Source of the DNA: Lachnospiraceae bacterium UBA7093
GTDB lineage: Bacteria > Bacillota > Clostridia > Lachnospirales > Lachnospiraceae
NCBI GenBank assembly: GCA_002492465.1
Contig: DKYT01000019.1
Location: 40,815-104,814 of the forward strand
DNA: 64,000 bases
Direction of reading: 5' to 3'
The translations under genes were made by a program, and so were the position numbers. Each line of letters opens with the position of its first letter. Within the stretch, counting starts at the first letter, position 1. The notes beneath the pieces are model-generated. The model had not been told where the DNA came from and did not search any database. It saw only the letters and a list, made by a program, of their open reading frames with translations. This document shows, in pieces, positions 20,598 to 30,558 of this stretch.

Positions 20598-21610
20598 GTG
20601 AAAAAGAACAGATTCCTTTGATTCAGGTTGAGAATTTAAAAAAGTATTATCCCATAAAGGGAGGAATTTTAAACAATACCACCGGATATGTGAAGGCAGT
20701 GGACGGCATGACTTTTTCTATTATGGAAGGGGAAACCCTTGGGCTTGTAGGGGAATCGGGCTGCGGCAAATCTACCATCGGAAAGCAGCTGGTAGGATTG
20801 GAGACGCCTACGGAGGGGAGGATCTATTATCAGGGAGAGGATCTTTTCGGACGAAAGGGGAAGGATCTTCAGAAGATCCGTACGCAGCTTCAGATGGTTT
20901 TTCAGGATCCCTATTCTTCTCTGAATCCAAGAAAGCATATATTTGAAATTCTTTCCCAGCCTATGCTGTATCACAAAGTATCCACCAAAGAAAGCGTAGA
21001 GAAAGATATTCTGAAAATTTTGGATATGGTGGGGCTGCCCAGAAACGTTCTGGGAAGATATCCCCATGAATTCTCCGGAGGACAGAGGCAGAGGATCGGT
21101 ATTGCCAAGGCGCTTTCCCTAAATCCAAGATTCATTGTCTGTGACGAACCGGTAAGCGCATTGGACGTTTCCATTCAGGCGCAGATCTTAAATCTCCTAA
21201 AGAGCTTACAGAAGGAGCTGAATCTTACCCTCCTGTTTGTGGGGCACGGACTGGGGGCGGTAAACTATGTAAGCGATAGAATTGCCGTTATGTATTTGGG
21301 GAAAATTGTAGAGATGGGGGAGGCAAAGGAGATCTTTCAACACCCCGTACATCCCTATACAAAAGCCCTTTTGGACGCTGTCCCGGTGCCGGATCCCGGT
21401 GAAAAGGAAAAATCCCACAGGATTTTACAGGGAGAAATCGGAGACAGTGCGAATCCACCTTCGGGCTGCCGCTTTCATCCCAGGTGCGCTTATGCCACAG
21501 AGATCTGTGGACAGAAGGAGCCTAAAATGCAGGAGCTGAAAGCCGGTTCTTCACATGCTGTTGCATGTCCTATTGTGATGCTGAAACAGGAGGTACAGGA
21601 AAGTGAGTAA
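20594..21610 (+). CDS. oppF: Oligopeptide ABC ATPase
   Basis: [32 protein letters not shown]. Confidence 0.9.
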   Translation: MSEKEQIPLIQVENLKKYYPIKGGILNNTTGYVKAVDGMTFSIMEGETLGLVGESGCGKSTIGKQLVGLETPTEGRIYYQGEDLFGRKGKDLQKIRTQLQMVFQDPYSSLNPRKHIFEILSQPMLYHKVSTKESVEKDILKILDMVGLPRNVLGRYPHEFSGGQRQRIGIAKALSLNPRFIVCDEPVSALDVSIQAQILNLLKSLQKELNLTLLFVGHGLGAVNYVSDRIAVMYLGKIVEMGEAKEIFQHPVHPYTKALLDAVPVPDPGEKEKSHRILQGEIGDSANPPSGCRFHPRCAYATEICGQKEPKMQELKAGSSHAVACPIVMLKQEVQESE

Positions 21611-22550
21611 GTACATTATCAAGAGAATATTGATCGCCATTCCTGTGCTGATCGGTATTACCATAATTGATTATGCCATTATGTGTATGGCGGGAAGTCC
21701 TCTGGAAATGCTTCAGGGACCCAGGGTTTCGGAAGCGGCTGTAGAGGCGAAAAAAATAGCTTTGGGACTGGATAAACCCTTTTATATCCAGTATTTTGTA
21801 TGGCTTGGGCAGCTTTTACAGGGGAATCTGGGCTATTCCATAAAATCCTACCAGTCGGTAAGCGAAATGATCGGAAGCCATATAGGTCCTACGCTGCTTC
21901 TGATGGGCGCTTCGCTGATAGTCAGCCTTTTGATTGCGGTTCCGGCGGGCATTTACAGCGCCATTCATCAGTACGAAAAGGGAGACTATGCGGTCGTTAC
22001 CCTTTCTTTTATGGGGAGCAGTATACCGGGATTTTTCCTGTCTTTGCTGCTGATTTATATTTTCACCGTAAAGCTCGGATGGCTGCCCTCCAGCGGAATG
22101 ACTACGCTGGGGACGGAAGGAGGATTTGGGGATGTGCTGCAACACATGATTATGCCGGTGATTGTCCTTGCCGCTTCCATGGCAGGCAGCAACATCCGTT
22201 ATATCAGAAGCGCGGTACTGGAAATTTTACAGCAGGATTATCTGCGTACGGCGAGGGCAAAGGGAATCGGTCGCTTTAAGGTGATCAATAAGCACGCTCT
22301 GCGCAATGCGCTGGTACCGATTGTAACGGTAATCGGCATGGAGATACCGGTGCTGTTCGGAGGGGCGGTAATCATTGAACAGGTATTTTCCTGGCCGGGG
22401 CTTGGGCTGATGACTATGAGCGCCATTACCAGCAGGGATTATCCTGTGATTATGGGCGTATGTCTTTTATCTGCGGTGGTAGTGCTGATTGCAAATCTGG
22501 TAACGGATATTTTGTATGCATTGGTTGACCCGACGATTCAGCTTGATTAG
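21603..22550 (+). CDS. oppB: Oligopeptide ABC permease
   Basis: GLDKPFYIQY, TARAKG, HALRNAL, FSWPGLG. Confidence 0.9.
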   Translation: MSKYIIKRILIAIPVLIGITIIDYAIMCMAGSPLEMLQGPRVSEAAVEAKKIALGLDKPFYIQYFVWLGQLLQGNLGYSIKSYQSVSEMIGSHIGPTLLLMGASLIVSLLIAVPAGIYSAIHQYEKGDYAVVTLSFMGSSIPGFFLSLLLIYIFTVKLGWLPSSGMTTLGTEGGFGDVLQHMIMPVIVLAASMAGSNIRYIRSAVLEILQQDYLRTARAKGIGRFKVINKHALRNALVPIVTVIGMEIPVLFGGAVIIEQVFSWPGLGLMTMSAITSRDYPVIMGVCLLSAVVVLIANLVTDILYALVDPTIQLD

Positions 22551-22559
22551 GAGGGCGCC

Positions 22560-23426
22560 ATGGAAAGAAAAGATATTACAAACGAAAGTTATTTTCAAAC
22601 GGTTTTCAGACGCTTCAGGCATCACCGTCTTGCCATGGTCAGCCTGGTGGTGGTGGCGGTCTTAGGGGGAGCGGCGTTGCTTGCCCCGGTTCTTGCACCC
22701 TATCAGCCGGATGAGATTGTAGGTACCTTCAGCGGAGCGCCCAGTAAAGAGTTTTGGCTGGGAACGGATCAGATTGGAAGAGATGTATTCAGCAGGCTTT
22801 TGTACGCAATGCGGATCTCTCTGCTGGTGGGAATTCTGGCAACCCTGATCTCCACGGCGGTGGGGGTAGTGCTGGGGCTGATTGCCGGGTATTTTGGGGG
22901 TGTGGCGGATATGCTGATTATGCGCTTTACGGATATGGTTATGTCCTTTCCCTACATCCTTTTGGTTCTGGTGGCGGCGGCTATCTTTAAGCCTGGACTT
23001 TGGAATATTATTTTGATTTTGGGATTTGTGGACTGGCCGGGAATCGCAAGGCTGGTAAGAGGAAATGTGCTGAACCTGCGGGAGACAAATTTTATTAAGG
23101 GAAATATTGTGGCGGGTATGCCCCTCAGGCATATTCTGTTTTCGGAAATTCTTCCCAATACGGTGGCGCCTATTCTGGTATACGCTACTTCCGTGCTTGC
23201 ACTCTCCATGCTGGATGAGGCGGCGCTGAGCTTTTTGGGATTGGGAGTGCAGCCGCCTACCGCAAGCCTTGGCAATATGTTGAACGGCGCGCAGTCCCTT
23301 ACGGTTCTTACCAGGCAGCCATGGCTTTGGATTCCTGCAGGGGTGCTGATCGTGGTACTGGTAATGGCGATCAATTTTATCGGGGATGCCCTGCGGGATG
23401 CAGTGGATCCCAACAGCAGGAGATAA
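22560..23426 (+). CDS. oppC: Oligopeptide ABC permease
   Basis: LGTDQIGRDVFSR, EAALSFLGLG, GDALRDAVDP. Confidence 0.9.
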   Translation: MERKDITNESYFQTVFRRFRHHRLAMVSLVVVAVLGGAALLAPVLAPYQPDEIVGTFSGAPSKEFWLGTDQIGRDVFSRLLYAMRISLLVGILATLISTAVGVVLGLIAGYFGGVADMLIMRFTDMVMSFPYILLVLVAAAIFKPGLWNIILILGFVDWPGIARLVRGNVLNLRETNFIKGNIVAGMPLRHILFSEILPNTVAPILVYATSVLALSMLDEAALSFLGLGVQPPTASLGNMLNGAQSLTVLTRQPWLWIPAGVLIVVLVMAINFIGDALRDAVDPNSRR

Positions 23427-23429
23427 ATT

Positions 23430-24542
23430 ATGGAGCTGGAAGAGAGATTAATCCAATATTTTGAATGGTTTCATCATAATCCGGAGTTATCCTATGAGGA
23501 GTATGAGACGACTGCTAAAATCAGAGAGATTCTGGAGAAAGAGGGATTGGTAATTCTGGATTGTCCTTTAGAGACAGGACTTGTAGCAGTTGTACAGGGG
23601 GAGAAGCCGGGAGCCGTTCAGGCATTGCGGTGCGATATAGACGGTCTGCCCATAACAGAGGAAACGGAGCTTCCTTATGCTTCTGCGCATAAGGGGAAAA
23701 TGCATGCCTGCGGACATGATTTTCATATTGTGGCGGGGATTGGCTGTGGAATTCTCCTGAACCAAAGGAAAAGCCGGCTTGCCGGAAAGGTGAAGATTAT
23801 TTTTCAGCCGGCGGAGGAGTCCTCTCTTGGCGCTCTCAAAATTCTGGAAACAGGGGTAATGGAAGATGTGGACAAAATATGGGGCATCCATGGGGACCCT
23901 ACCAATGAAACGGGCGTTCTGGGCATTCGTGAAGGGTATGTAACGGCGGCGGTGGATCGGTTTGTGATTCGGATAAAGGGCATGGGATGTCATGGAGCCC
24001 ACCCTGATGATGGAACTGATCCTATCCCGGCAGCGGCAGCTACCGTACTTGCCTTGCAAACCATTGTGAGCAGAAATATCAATGCCTTTCATCCGGCACT
24101 GGTGAGCGTTACCAGGCTGGAGGCTGGGAATACCTGGAATGTAATCCCGGAGACGGCTGTTCTGGAGGGAACGGTCCGTACCATGGACAGGGAAGACAGG
24201 GCTTTGTTTGAAAAAAGAATGAGGGAAATTGCCGAAAATACGGCAGGCGCCTATGGGGCGGAGGCGGAACTGGAATGGATTCCGGGACCTGCCGCCACTT
24301 ACAATGACGGGGCGATGACGGAAAAAAGCATTGAAATAGCCAGGAGACGCGGGTTGCAGGTAGTGCCGGAGGAAAGCTCCATGGGCGGGGATGATTTTTC
24401 CTTTTATGAGGAAAAAATACCCGGGTGTTATATCAAAGTGGGAACCGGAAAAGGAGCGGCGATTCATCAGCCGGAATTTCAGGTAGATGAAAAAGTAATT
24501 TTTCCTACGGCGGCGTATTTGGCGGATCTTTTGATACAATAA
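23430..24542 (+). CDS. M20D-family amidohydrolase
   Basis: HNPELSYEE, MHACGHDFH, FQPAEE, GCHGAHP, GGDDF. Confidence 0.9.
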   Translation: MELEERLIQYFEWFHHNPELSYEEYETTAKIREILEKEGLVILDCPLETGLVAVVQGEKPGAVQALRCDIDGLPITEETELPYASAHKGKMHACGHDFHIVAGIGCGILLNQRKSRLAGKVKIIFQPAEESSLGALKILETGVMEDVDKIWGIHGDPTNETGVLGIREGYVTAAVDRFVIRIKGMGCHGAHPDDGTDPIPAAAATVLALQTIVSRNINAFHPALVSVTRLEAGNTWNVIPETAVLEGTVRTMDREDRALFEKRMREIAENTAGAYGAEAELEWIPGPAATYNDGAMTEKSIEIARRRGLQVVPEESSMGGDDFSFYEEKIPGCYIKVGTGKGAAIHQPEFQVDEKVIFPTAAYLADLLIQ

Positions 24543-24713
24543 AGGTGAAAACTGAATAGATGTAATAATCGTTAGGCTGTCCGGCTTCTGCTGGGCAGCC
24601 TTTATTACAATAAGCTGAATCGCAGGGCGCGGCGGCTTATTGCTGCCTTGCGTACAAAATGTACAAAATTAAAAGTAAAAAAGGAGCTATAATGTACAAA
24701 AAAATAAAACCAA

Positions 24714-24780
24714 TTGACGAATAAAGTAAAAACGTGTATGATTAATGCATAAGAAAACTGTTTAGGAAAAACATTTCTTT
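24714..24780 (+). promoter_or_regulatory. Promoter plus candidate LacI-type operator of the ribokinase/nucleoside operon
   Basis: TTGACG-N17-TATGAT (24714-24742) followed by the imperfect dyad AAGAAAACTGTTT..AAACATTTCTT (24751-24779). Confidence 0.5.
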
Positions 24781-24809
24781 ATAAGTGAAAGGAGGGGAGA
24801 CAAAAAAGA

Positions 24810-25751
24810 GTGAAGAAAATATTGGTGATCGGAAGCCTGAATATGGATATGGTGATCGAAATGAAAAGAATGCCAATTACAGGCGAAACGGTCCTGGGAA
24901 CACAAGTGTCTTATGTGCCTGGCGGTAAGGGGGCAAATCAGGCATATACGGCGGCAAAACTTGGCGGAAAGGTCAAGATGCTGGGCTGCATAGGAAATGA
25001 CGATTTCGGGGAAATGCAAAGAAACAATTTGACAGAGTGCGGAGTAGATACCGGCGATTTGAAAAGATTAAAGTCGCAGGGAACCGGAATGGCAAGCATT
25101 TATGTGGACGAATACGGGGATAATACGATCGTAGTAGTACCGGGCGCTAATATGGAATGTAATGTGAGTTATCTGAAAGAATATGATCATGTGCTGCAGG
25201 AATGTGATTATGTGATTTTGCAGATGGAAATTGCAAGGGACGCAATCTATTACGCTATTAAAAGAGCGAAGGAGCTGGGGAAAACTGTTATTCTAAATCC
25301 GGCTCCGGTACCGGACGCTCTTCCTGACGAGATCTTTTCCAGATTGGATTACATTACGCCTAATGAAACAGAGCTGATGAAGCTTTGCGGGAAGGAAGGA
25401 GACTCCGTCAGAGATTACACAGAAGGGGCGAGAGAGCTGCTGGAGCGGGGGGCGAAAAACGTTTTGGTAACAATGGGTAAAAAAGGAGCGCTTTTCGTAA
25501 ACCGCGAAAGGGAGGAAGTGTTTCCTGCAAGGAAAGTATTAGCCGTGGACACCACGGCAGCGGGGGATTGCTTTAACGGGGCTTTTGCAGTGGCTCTTGC
25601 AGAAGGAAGAGCGCTTGGCGAGGCGGTGACATTTGCCAATGCGGCATCATCCATAGCGGTTACCAGAAACGGCGCCCAGACCTCGATCCCTTCCAGAGAG
25701 GAGGCGGAGGAGGCTCTCAGGGAAATGTCTGTACATGTAAGGACGAAATGA
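24810..25751 (+). CDS. rbsK: Ribokinase (PfkB family)
   Basis: GSLNMD, GGKGANQA, LNPAP, PNETE, DTTAAGDCFNG. Confidence 0.9.
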   Translation: MKKILVIGSLNMDMVIEMKRMPITGETVLGTQVSYVPGGKGANQAYTAAKLGGKVKMLGCIGNDDFGEMQRNNLTECGVDTGDLKRLKSQGTGMASIYVDEYGDNTIVVVPGANMECNVSYLKEYDHVLQECDYVILQMEIARDAIYYAIKRAKELGKTVILNPAPVPDALPDEIFSRLDYITPNETELMKLCGKEGDSVRDYTEGARELLERGAKNVLVTMGKKGALFVNREREEVFPARKVLAVDTTAAGDCFNGAFAVALAEGRALGEAVTFANAASSIAVTRNGAQTSIPSREEAEEALREMSVHVRTK

Positions 25752-25794
25752 TGGGGAAAGAAGTAAAGTCAAAGAGAAGAAAGAGAGGTATTTT

Positions 25795-26898
25795 ATGAAA
25801 AAGATGAATAAGATCGTGGCATTGATTATGCTGGTGGCGCTGACTCTTGGAGCGGCAGGCTGTGGAGCGAAGCAGGAGGAAAAAAAGGACGGGCTGAAGG
25901 TGGTACTTTTGATCACAAGTAACCTTGGAGATAAAGGCTTTTACGACAGCGCAAACGACGGCATGAAATTGATTGAAAAAGAATTGGGCGCGGAAGTAAA
26001 AACCATCGAGATGGGGCAGGATCCTTCCAAATACGAACCATATTTCAGGGATGTTGCAGAACAGGACTGGGATTATATCATTGTAGGTTCCTCTCCGGCT
26101 GTGGAAATTGCAGAGACATTGATACCGGAATATCCGGATAAGAAGTTTATCATGTTTGATACGGAGGTGGATTGGAGCAAGGGCGATTTCAGTAATCTTT
26201 ATTGTGTGCAGTATAAACAGAATGAAGGAAGCTTCCTTGCAGGCGCAGTGGCAGCGATCATGACCACCGAAGGAAAAAATGCGAATCCGGAAAAGGTTAT
26301 AGGATGCATCGGCGGAGGAGATCTTCCTATCATTAATGACTTTATGATCGGTTATATTCGAGGCGCCCAGTACGTAGAGCCTGATATTAAAGTTGCGGTT
26401 GCCTATGCAGGAACCTTCGTGGATTCTACCAAGGGTAAGGAGCTTGCCCTTTCTCAAATGAATCAGCAGAATGTGGATATTTGTTTCCAGATTGCTTCCC
26501 AGACCGGAATCGGCGTCTTAGATGCGGCAAAGGAAAAGGGACTGTATGCCATCGGCGTAGACGGAGATCAGGCGGCGGCATTCAAGGATTCTGACCCGGG
26601 CATGGCGGAGGTTATCGTAACTTCTATGATGAAACGAGTAGACCAGTCTTTACTCAGGGCGGTTAAGATGGCAGAAGAGGGAAGTCTTACCTGGGGAAAA
26701 ACCGAGGTAATCGGACTGAAGGAGTTAGGCGTTGGCATTATTTACGGAGAAAACTTCGAGAGAGAATTGTCTGAAGAAAAACAGAACATGATAAAGGACA
26801 TAGAACAGCAGATTATTGACGGAAAAATCCAGGTGGATTCGGCGCTTGGCATGGACACGGCAGAGTTTGAAGTAATTCGTAATGAAGTTGCACCGTAA
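25795..26898 (+). CDS. BMP/PnrA-family nucleoside-binding lipoprotein
   Basis: Lipobox AAGC, LGDKGFYDSA, EGSFLAG, AIGVDGDQ, SMMKRVD. Confidence 0.9.
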   Translation: MKKMNKIVALIMLVALTLGAAGCGAKQEEKKDGLKVVLLITSNLGDKGFYDSANDGMKLIEKELGAEVKTIEMGQDPSKYEPYFRDVAEQDWDYIIVGSSPAVEIAETLIPEYPDKKFIMFDTEVDWSKGDFSNLYCVQYKQNEGSFLAGAVAAIMTTEGKNANPEKVIGCIGGGDLPIINDFMIGYIRGAQYVEPDIKVAVAYAGTFVDSTKGKELALSQMNQQNVDICFQIASQTGIGVLDAAKEKGLYAIGVDGDQAAAFKDSDPGMAEVIVTSMMKRVDQSLLRAVKMAEEGSLTWGKTEVIGLKELGVGIIYGENFERELSEEKQNMIKDIEQQIIDGKIQVDSALGMDTAEFEVIRNEVAP

Positions 26899-26912
26899 TG
26901 TATAGCAGGTAT

Positions 26913-26941
26913 ATGGGGCTGTCGGATATTGACAGCCCCAT
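26913..26941 (+). terminator. Intra-operon hairpin after the binding-protein gene
   Basis: ATGGGGCTGTC-N7-GACAGCCCCAT perfect 11-bp stem without a long U-tract; more likely an mRNA stabiliser or attenuator. Confidence 0.55.
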
Positions 26942-26972
26942 GTTAAACAGAAGAAGTGATAAGGAGATTGCT

Positions 26973-28529
26973 ATGGCAGAAACCATTCTCAGCATGGAGA
27001 ATATTACCAAAATATATCCTAACGGCTTTATCGCAAATAAAAATGTGAATTTTGAACTGCGCAAAGGAGAAATACATGCCCTTGCCGGGGAAAACGGGGC
27101 GGGCAAGTCCACCCTGATGAAGGTTTTGTTCGGAGAAGAGCAGTGCGAGGAGGGCAAAATCTTTTTTAAGGGAAAAGAGGTGAAGATCGACAACCCGCTA
27201 TGCGCTATCAAAATGGGTATTGGCATGGTACATCAACATTTTATGCTGGTTCCCAGCATGACGGTTGCGGAAAATATGGTACTTGGGTTGGAGCCGGAGA
27301 AAGCTGGATTCCTGAATAAGGAGGAGGCGGTAAAAAGGACAATAGAGGTATCGGAGAAGTATGGGCTGGAGATCGACCCCCATGCAAAGGTAAAAGATTT
27401 GAGTGTTGGGCTGAAACAGAGAGTGGAAATATTGAAGGCGCTGCTCCGGGGAGCGGATGTGCTGATTCTGGACGAGCCTACGGCGGTGCTGACGCCTCAG
27501 GAAACAGTGGAAATTTTTGAAGAACTGAAGCGCCTCAGGGAATTGGGGCACACTGTGGTATTTATTTCTCATAAGCTTAATGAAATCAAAGAAATTTGCG
27601 ATCGTATTACCATTATGAGGGACGGAAGAACCATCGATGTGAAAATGGTAGAGGAGGTATCCGAACAGGAAATTTCCAGGTTGATGATTGGAAGGGACGT
27701 ACAGCTTAAAACAGATAAAACGCCGGCTAAGCCGGGACAGACATTTCTTTCCGTTAAAAATCTGAGCTATACTGACGCGGCAGGTCAGCAGATTTTAAAG
27801 GACATCAATATGACAGTGAGAAAAGGAGAGATACTTGGCATAGCGGGAATCGAGGGAAACGGACAAAACGAGTTAAGCGAGCTGGTTACGGGGATGCGAA
27901 AGCTCCGCACAGGTCAGATCCGCATTGGCGGAGAAGATATCAGCAGAAAATCTGTGCGGGAGATCAGGGAGCTTGGAGTATCTCATATTTCGCAGGATCG
28001 AATGACATACGGCGTGGTAAGTGATGCGGGCGTGGCGGACAACATCATTGCAGACCGCTATTATCGAAAGGAATTTAAAAAGGGAATTTTGCTTAACAAA
28101 AAAAAGATTTGTGAAAAAACAGATCAGTTGATTTTGGAATACAGTGTGAAATGCGATAACAGGGAGCAGCCGGTGCGGATGCTCTCCGGTGGGAATATGC
28201 AGAAGGTGGTGGTGGCAAGAGAGTTTTCCAGCGACCCTAAGCTTGTCATAGCCAATCAGCCTACAAGAGGTATCGACGTTGGCGCTGCGGAGCTTGTTCA
28301 CCGGAAGCTGCTGGAGCTTCGGGACAGGGAAGCCGCAATTCTGTTGATTTCGGCAGATCTTACAGAAATCATCCATTTAAGTGACAGCATTATCGTTTTG
28401 CATGGCGGCGCAATAGCGGCTTATTTTGAGGATGTAAAACAGATGGATCCGGTGGAACTGGGAGAGTATATGCTGGGAATCAAGAAAATGACCCGGGAAC
28501 AGATAGGAGGGGCAGTGCATGAACAGTAA
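26973..28529 (+). CDS. Nucleoside/sugar (CUT2) ABC ATPase, two NBDs
   Basis: GENGAGKST, GMVHQHFML, LDEPTAVL, LSGGNMQK, PTRGIDVGA. Confidence 0.92.
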   Translation: MAETILSMENITKIYPNGFIANKNVNFELRKGEIHALAGENGAGKSTLMKVLFGEEQCEEGKIFFKGKEVKIDNPLCAIKMGIGMVHQHFMLVPSMTVAENMVLGLEPEKAGFLNKEEAVKRTIEVSEKYGLEIDPHAKVKDLSVGLKQRVEILKALLRGADVLILDEPTAVLTPQETVEIFEELKRLRELGHTVVFISHKLNEIKEICDRITIMRDGRTIDVKMVEEVSEQEISRLMIGRDVQLKTDKTPAKPGQTFLSVKNLSYTDAAGQQILKDINMTVRKGEILGIAGIEGNGQNELSELVTGMRKLRTGQIRIGGEDISRKSVREIRELGVSHISQDRMTYGVVSDAGVADNIIADRYYRKEFKKGILLNKKKICEKTDQLILEYSVKCDNREQPVRMLSGGNMQKVVVAREFSSDPKLVIANQPTRGIDVGAAELVHRKLLELRDREAAILLISADLTEIIHLSDSIIVLHGGAIAAYFEDVKQMDPVELGEYMLGIKKMTREQIGGAVHEQ

Positions 28530-29595
28530 AAAGATAGAAAAAAGATTTGAGGCGATAAGAACACTGCTTGCCATTGTGATTGCACTGCTAATCGCCCTTG
28601 TGGTGATTGTGATTGTCAGTGATGATCCGGCAAATGCATTGTACAATTTCCTGATCGGACCGATGACCAACGCCAGAAGATTTGCCAATGTAATAGAGCT
28701 GTCAATTCCGCTGATGTTTTGTGGACTGGCAGTAAGTATCATGTTTGCTGCCGATCAAAGCAATATGGCGTCTGAAGGGGCGTTTTATGTATCCTGTACC
28801 GTGACCTCAGTGATTGCGGTGCTGTGGAAGCTGCCGCCTTTGCTTCATATGATAGCATGCCTGGCGGCAGGAACCCTCACAGGCATTATCATCATGTGCA
28901 TTCCGGCAGTGCTGAAAGCAAAATGGCAGGCAAACGAACTGGTATCTTCCCTGATGCTGAATTATATTTGTCTGTATATGGGGAATTATATTATCAGAAC
29001 CCGGGTGCTGGATACATCCCTTGGCATTACCACGTCTCTTGGCTTTCAGGAAACCGTATCCCTGCCCAATCTGATTCCGGGAACCCGCCTGCACCTGGGG
29101 CTGGTATTTGTGATTCTTGCCGTCATTTTATGCTACATTATGATGTATCATACAGGGCTGGGATATTCCATCAGAACCATTGGGCAGAATAAAAATTTTG
29201 CAAAATATGCCGGAATGGGCGTAGGGGGTGTAGTAGTTTTAACCCAGGTTATAGGTGGTGCGCTTGCAGGCTTTGGAGGCGCCACAGAAATGATTGGCAT
29301 GTATAACAGATTTCAATATCAGGGGCTGCCTCAATATGGCTTTGATGGTATGCTGATCGCTATTATGGCAAAATATAATCCGGCGCTTGTGCCTGTTGCC
29401 GCGATTTTCCTTGCTTATATACGTACCGGAGCAGATATTATGAACAGAACAAGCGACGTGCCTTACGAGATCATTTCAGTAATCCAATCTGCGATTATTA
29501 TGCTGGTGGTTGCAAAAATGTTCCTGAATCGGCTGAAGCATAAACAGATCGTAAAATATTCCAAGCTGGAGCTGGAGAAGAAGGAGGCATTGTAG
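28519..29595 (+). CDS. Nucleoside ABC permease 1
   Basis: NELVSSLMLNYI, GQNKNFAKYAG, YGFDGMLIA. Confidence 0.88.
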   Translation: MNSKKIEKRFEAIRTLLAIVIALLIALVVIVIVSDDPANALYNFLIGPMTNARRFANVIELSIPLMFCGLAVSIMFAADQSNMASEGAFYVSCTVTSVIAVLWKLPPLLHMIACLAAGTLTGIIIMCIPAVLKAKWQANELVSSLMLNYICLYMGNYIIRTRVLDTSLGITTSLGFQETVSLPNLIPGTRLHLGLVFVILAVILCYIMMYHTGLGYSIRTIGQNKNFAKYAGMGVGGVVVLTQVIGGALAGFGGATEMIGMYNRFQYQGLPQYGFDGMLIAIMAKYNPALVPVAAIFLAYIRTGADIMNRTSDVPYEIISVIQSAIIMLVVAKMFLNRLKHKQIVKYSKLELEKKEAL

Positions 29596-29596
29596 A

Positions 29597-30541
29597 ATGA
29601 AACAGATTGTAAATATTATTTTTTCCACCCAGTTCTTTTATTCCATCCTTCGGATTTCAACGCCTATTATGTTTGCTTCCATGGGGGCGCTGATTACTTC
29701 CAGGGCAGGCGTAATTAACATTGGCTTGGAGGGTATTATGTTGTTCGCGGCGCTTTCCGGGGTGATTTTCAGCGCGGTTACAGGCAGCGCCTGGATGGGA
29801 TTTCTGGGGGCTGTTGCCACAGGCGTTTTGATTGCAATTTTAATGTCTTATGTTGCGCTGATCCTGAAATCTCATATTACTCTTACAGGAATAGCGATCA
29901 ATATGTTTGCCTCCGGCTCCACCGTGTTTATTCTTTATCTGGTAACCGGGGACAAGGGAATTTCTTCTTCCCTGGCGAGCAAGGTCATGCCTACGGTTGC
30001 GCTTCCGCTGATTGGGAAAATACCGGTTGTGGGCGAGATTCTTTCGGGACATAATATTTTAACGTATCTGTCCTTTTTAGCCGTTTTATTTACATACATT
30101 CTGTTGAATAAAACGGTAATAGGACTGAGGATCAGAGCTGTGGGAGAAAATGAACAGGCGGCATTATCGGTAGGTGCAAAACCGGTGAAATATCAGTTTA
30201 TAGCCATGCTGATCAGCGGCGTTTTAGCCGGAATGGGAGGCGCATACATGTCTATGGGATATGTTTCCTGGTTTTCCAGAGACATGGTGGCAGGTCGTGG
30301 GTTTATTGCCCTGGCCGCCCAGCAGCTGGGACAGGGCACTACTCTGGGAACCATGTGCGCAACTTTTGTATTTGGAATGGCGGACGCCCTTGCCAATAAT
30401 CTGCAGGCGCTGCAAATGCCCTCGGAATTTGTACAGTCTATTCCTTACCTGACGACCATTATAGGACTGGTGGTTTTTTCCATAGCAAAGCAGAGAAAGG
30501 AATTAAAAAGAATCAGAGAAAATAATCAAAAGGCAGTTTAA
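29597..30541 (+). CDS. Nucleoside ABC permease 2
   Basis: GVINIGLEG, GLRIRAVGEN, GRGFIALAA. Confidence 0.88.
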   Translation: MKQIVNIIFSTQFFYSILRISTPIMFASMGALITSRAGVINIGLEGIMLFAALSGVIFSAVTGSAWMGFLGAVATGVLIAILMSYVALILKSHITLTGIAINMFASGSTVFILYLVTGDKGISSSLASKVMPTVALPLIGKIPVVGEILSGHNILTYLSFLAVLFTYILLNKTVIGLRIRAVGENEQAALSVGAKPVKYQFIAMLISGVLAGMGGAYMSMGYVSWFSRDMVAGRGFIALAAQQLGQGTTLGTMCATFVFGMADALANNLQALQMPSEFVQSIPYLTTIIGLVVFSIAKQRKELKRIRENNQKAV

Positions 30542-30558
30542 AAGAAAGGAAGACAGTT

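Noticed and set aside
20594-21610. Link between oppF and the dead TnpB (oppF-associated TldR)
   Set aside because: The genes are about 28 kb apart in unrelated operons, and I saw no guide-like match.
23568-24539. 323-aa antisense ORF (and similar ones such as 30718-31671)
   Set aside because: Shadow frames fully overlapping well-supported genes on the opposite strand.
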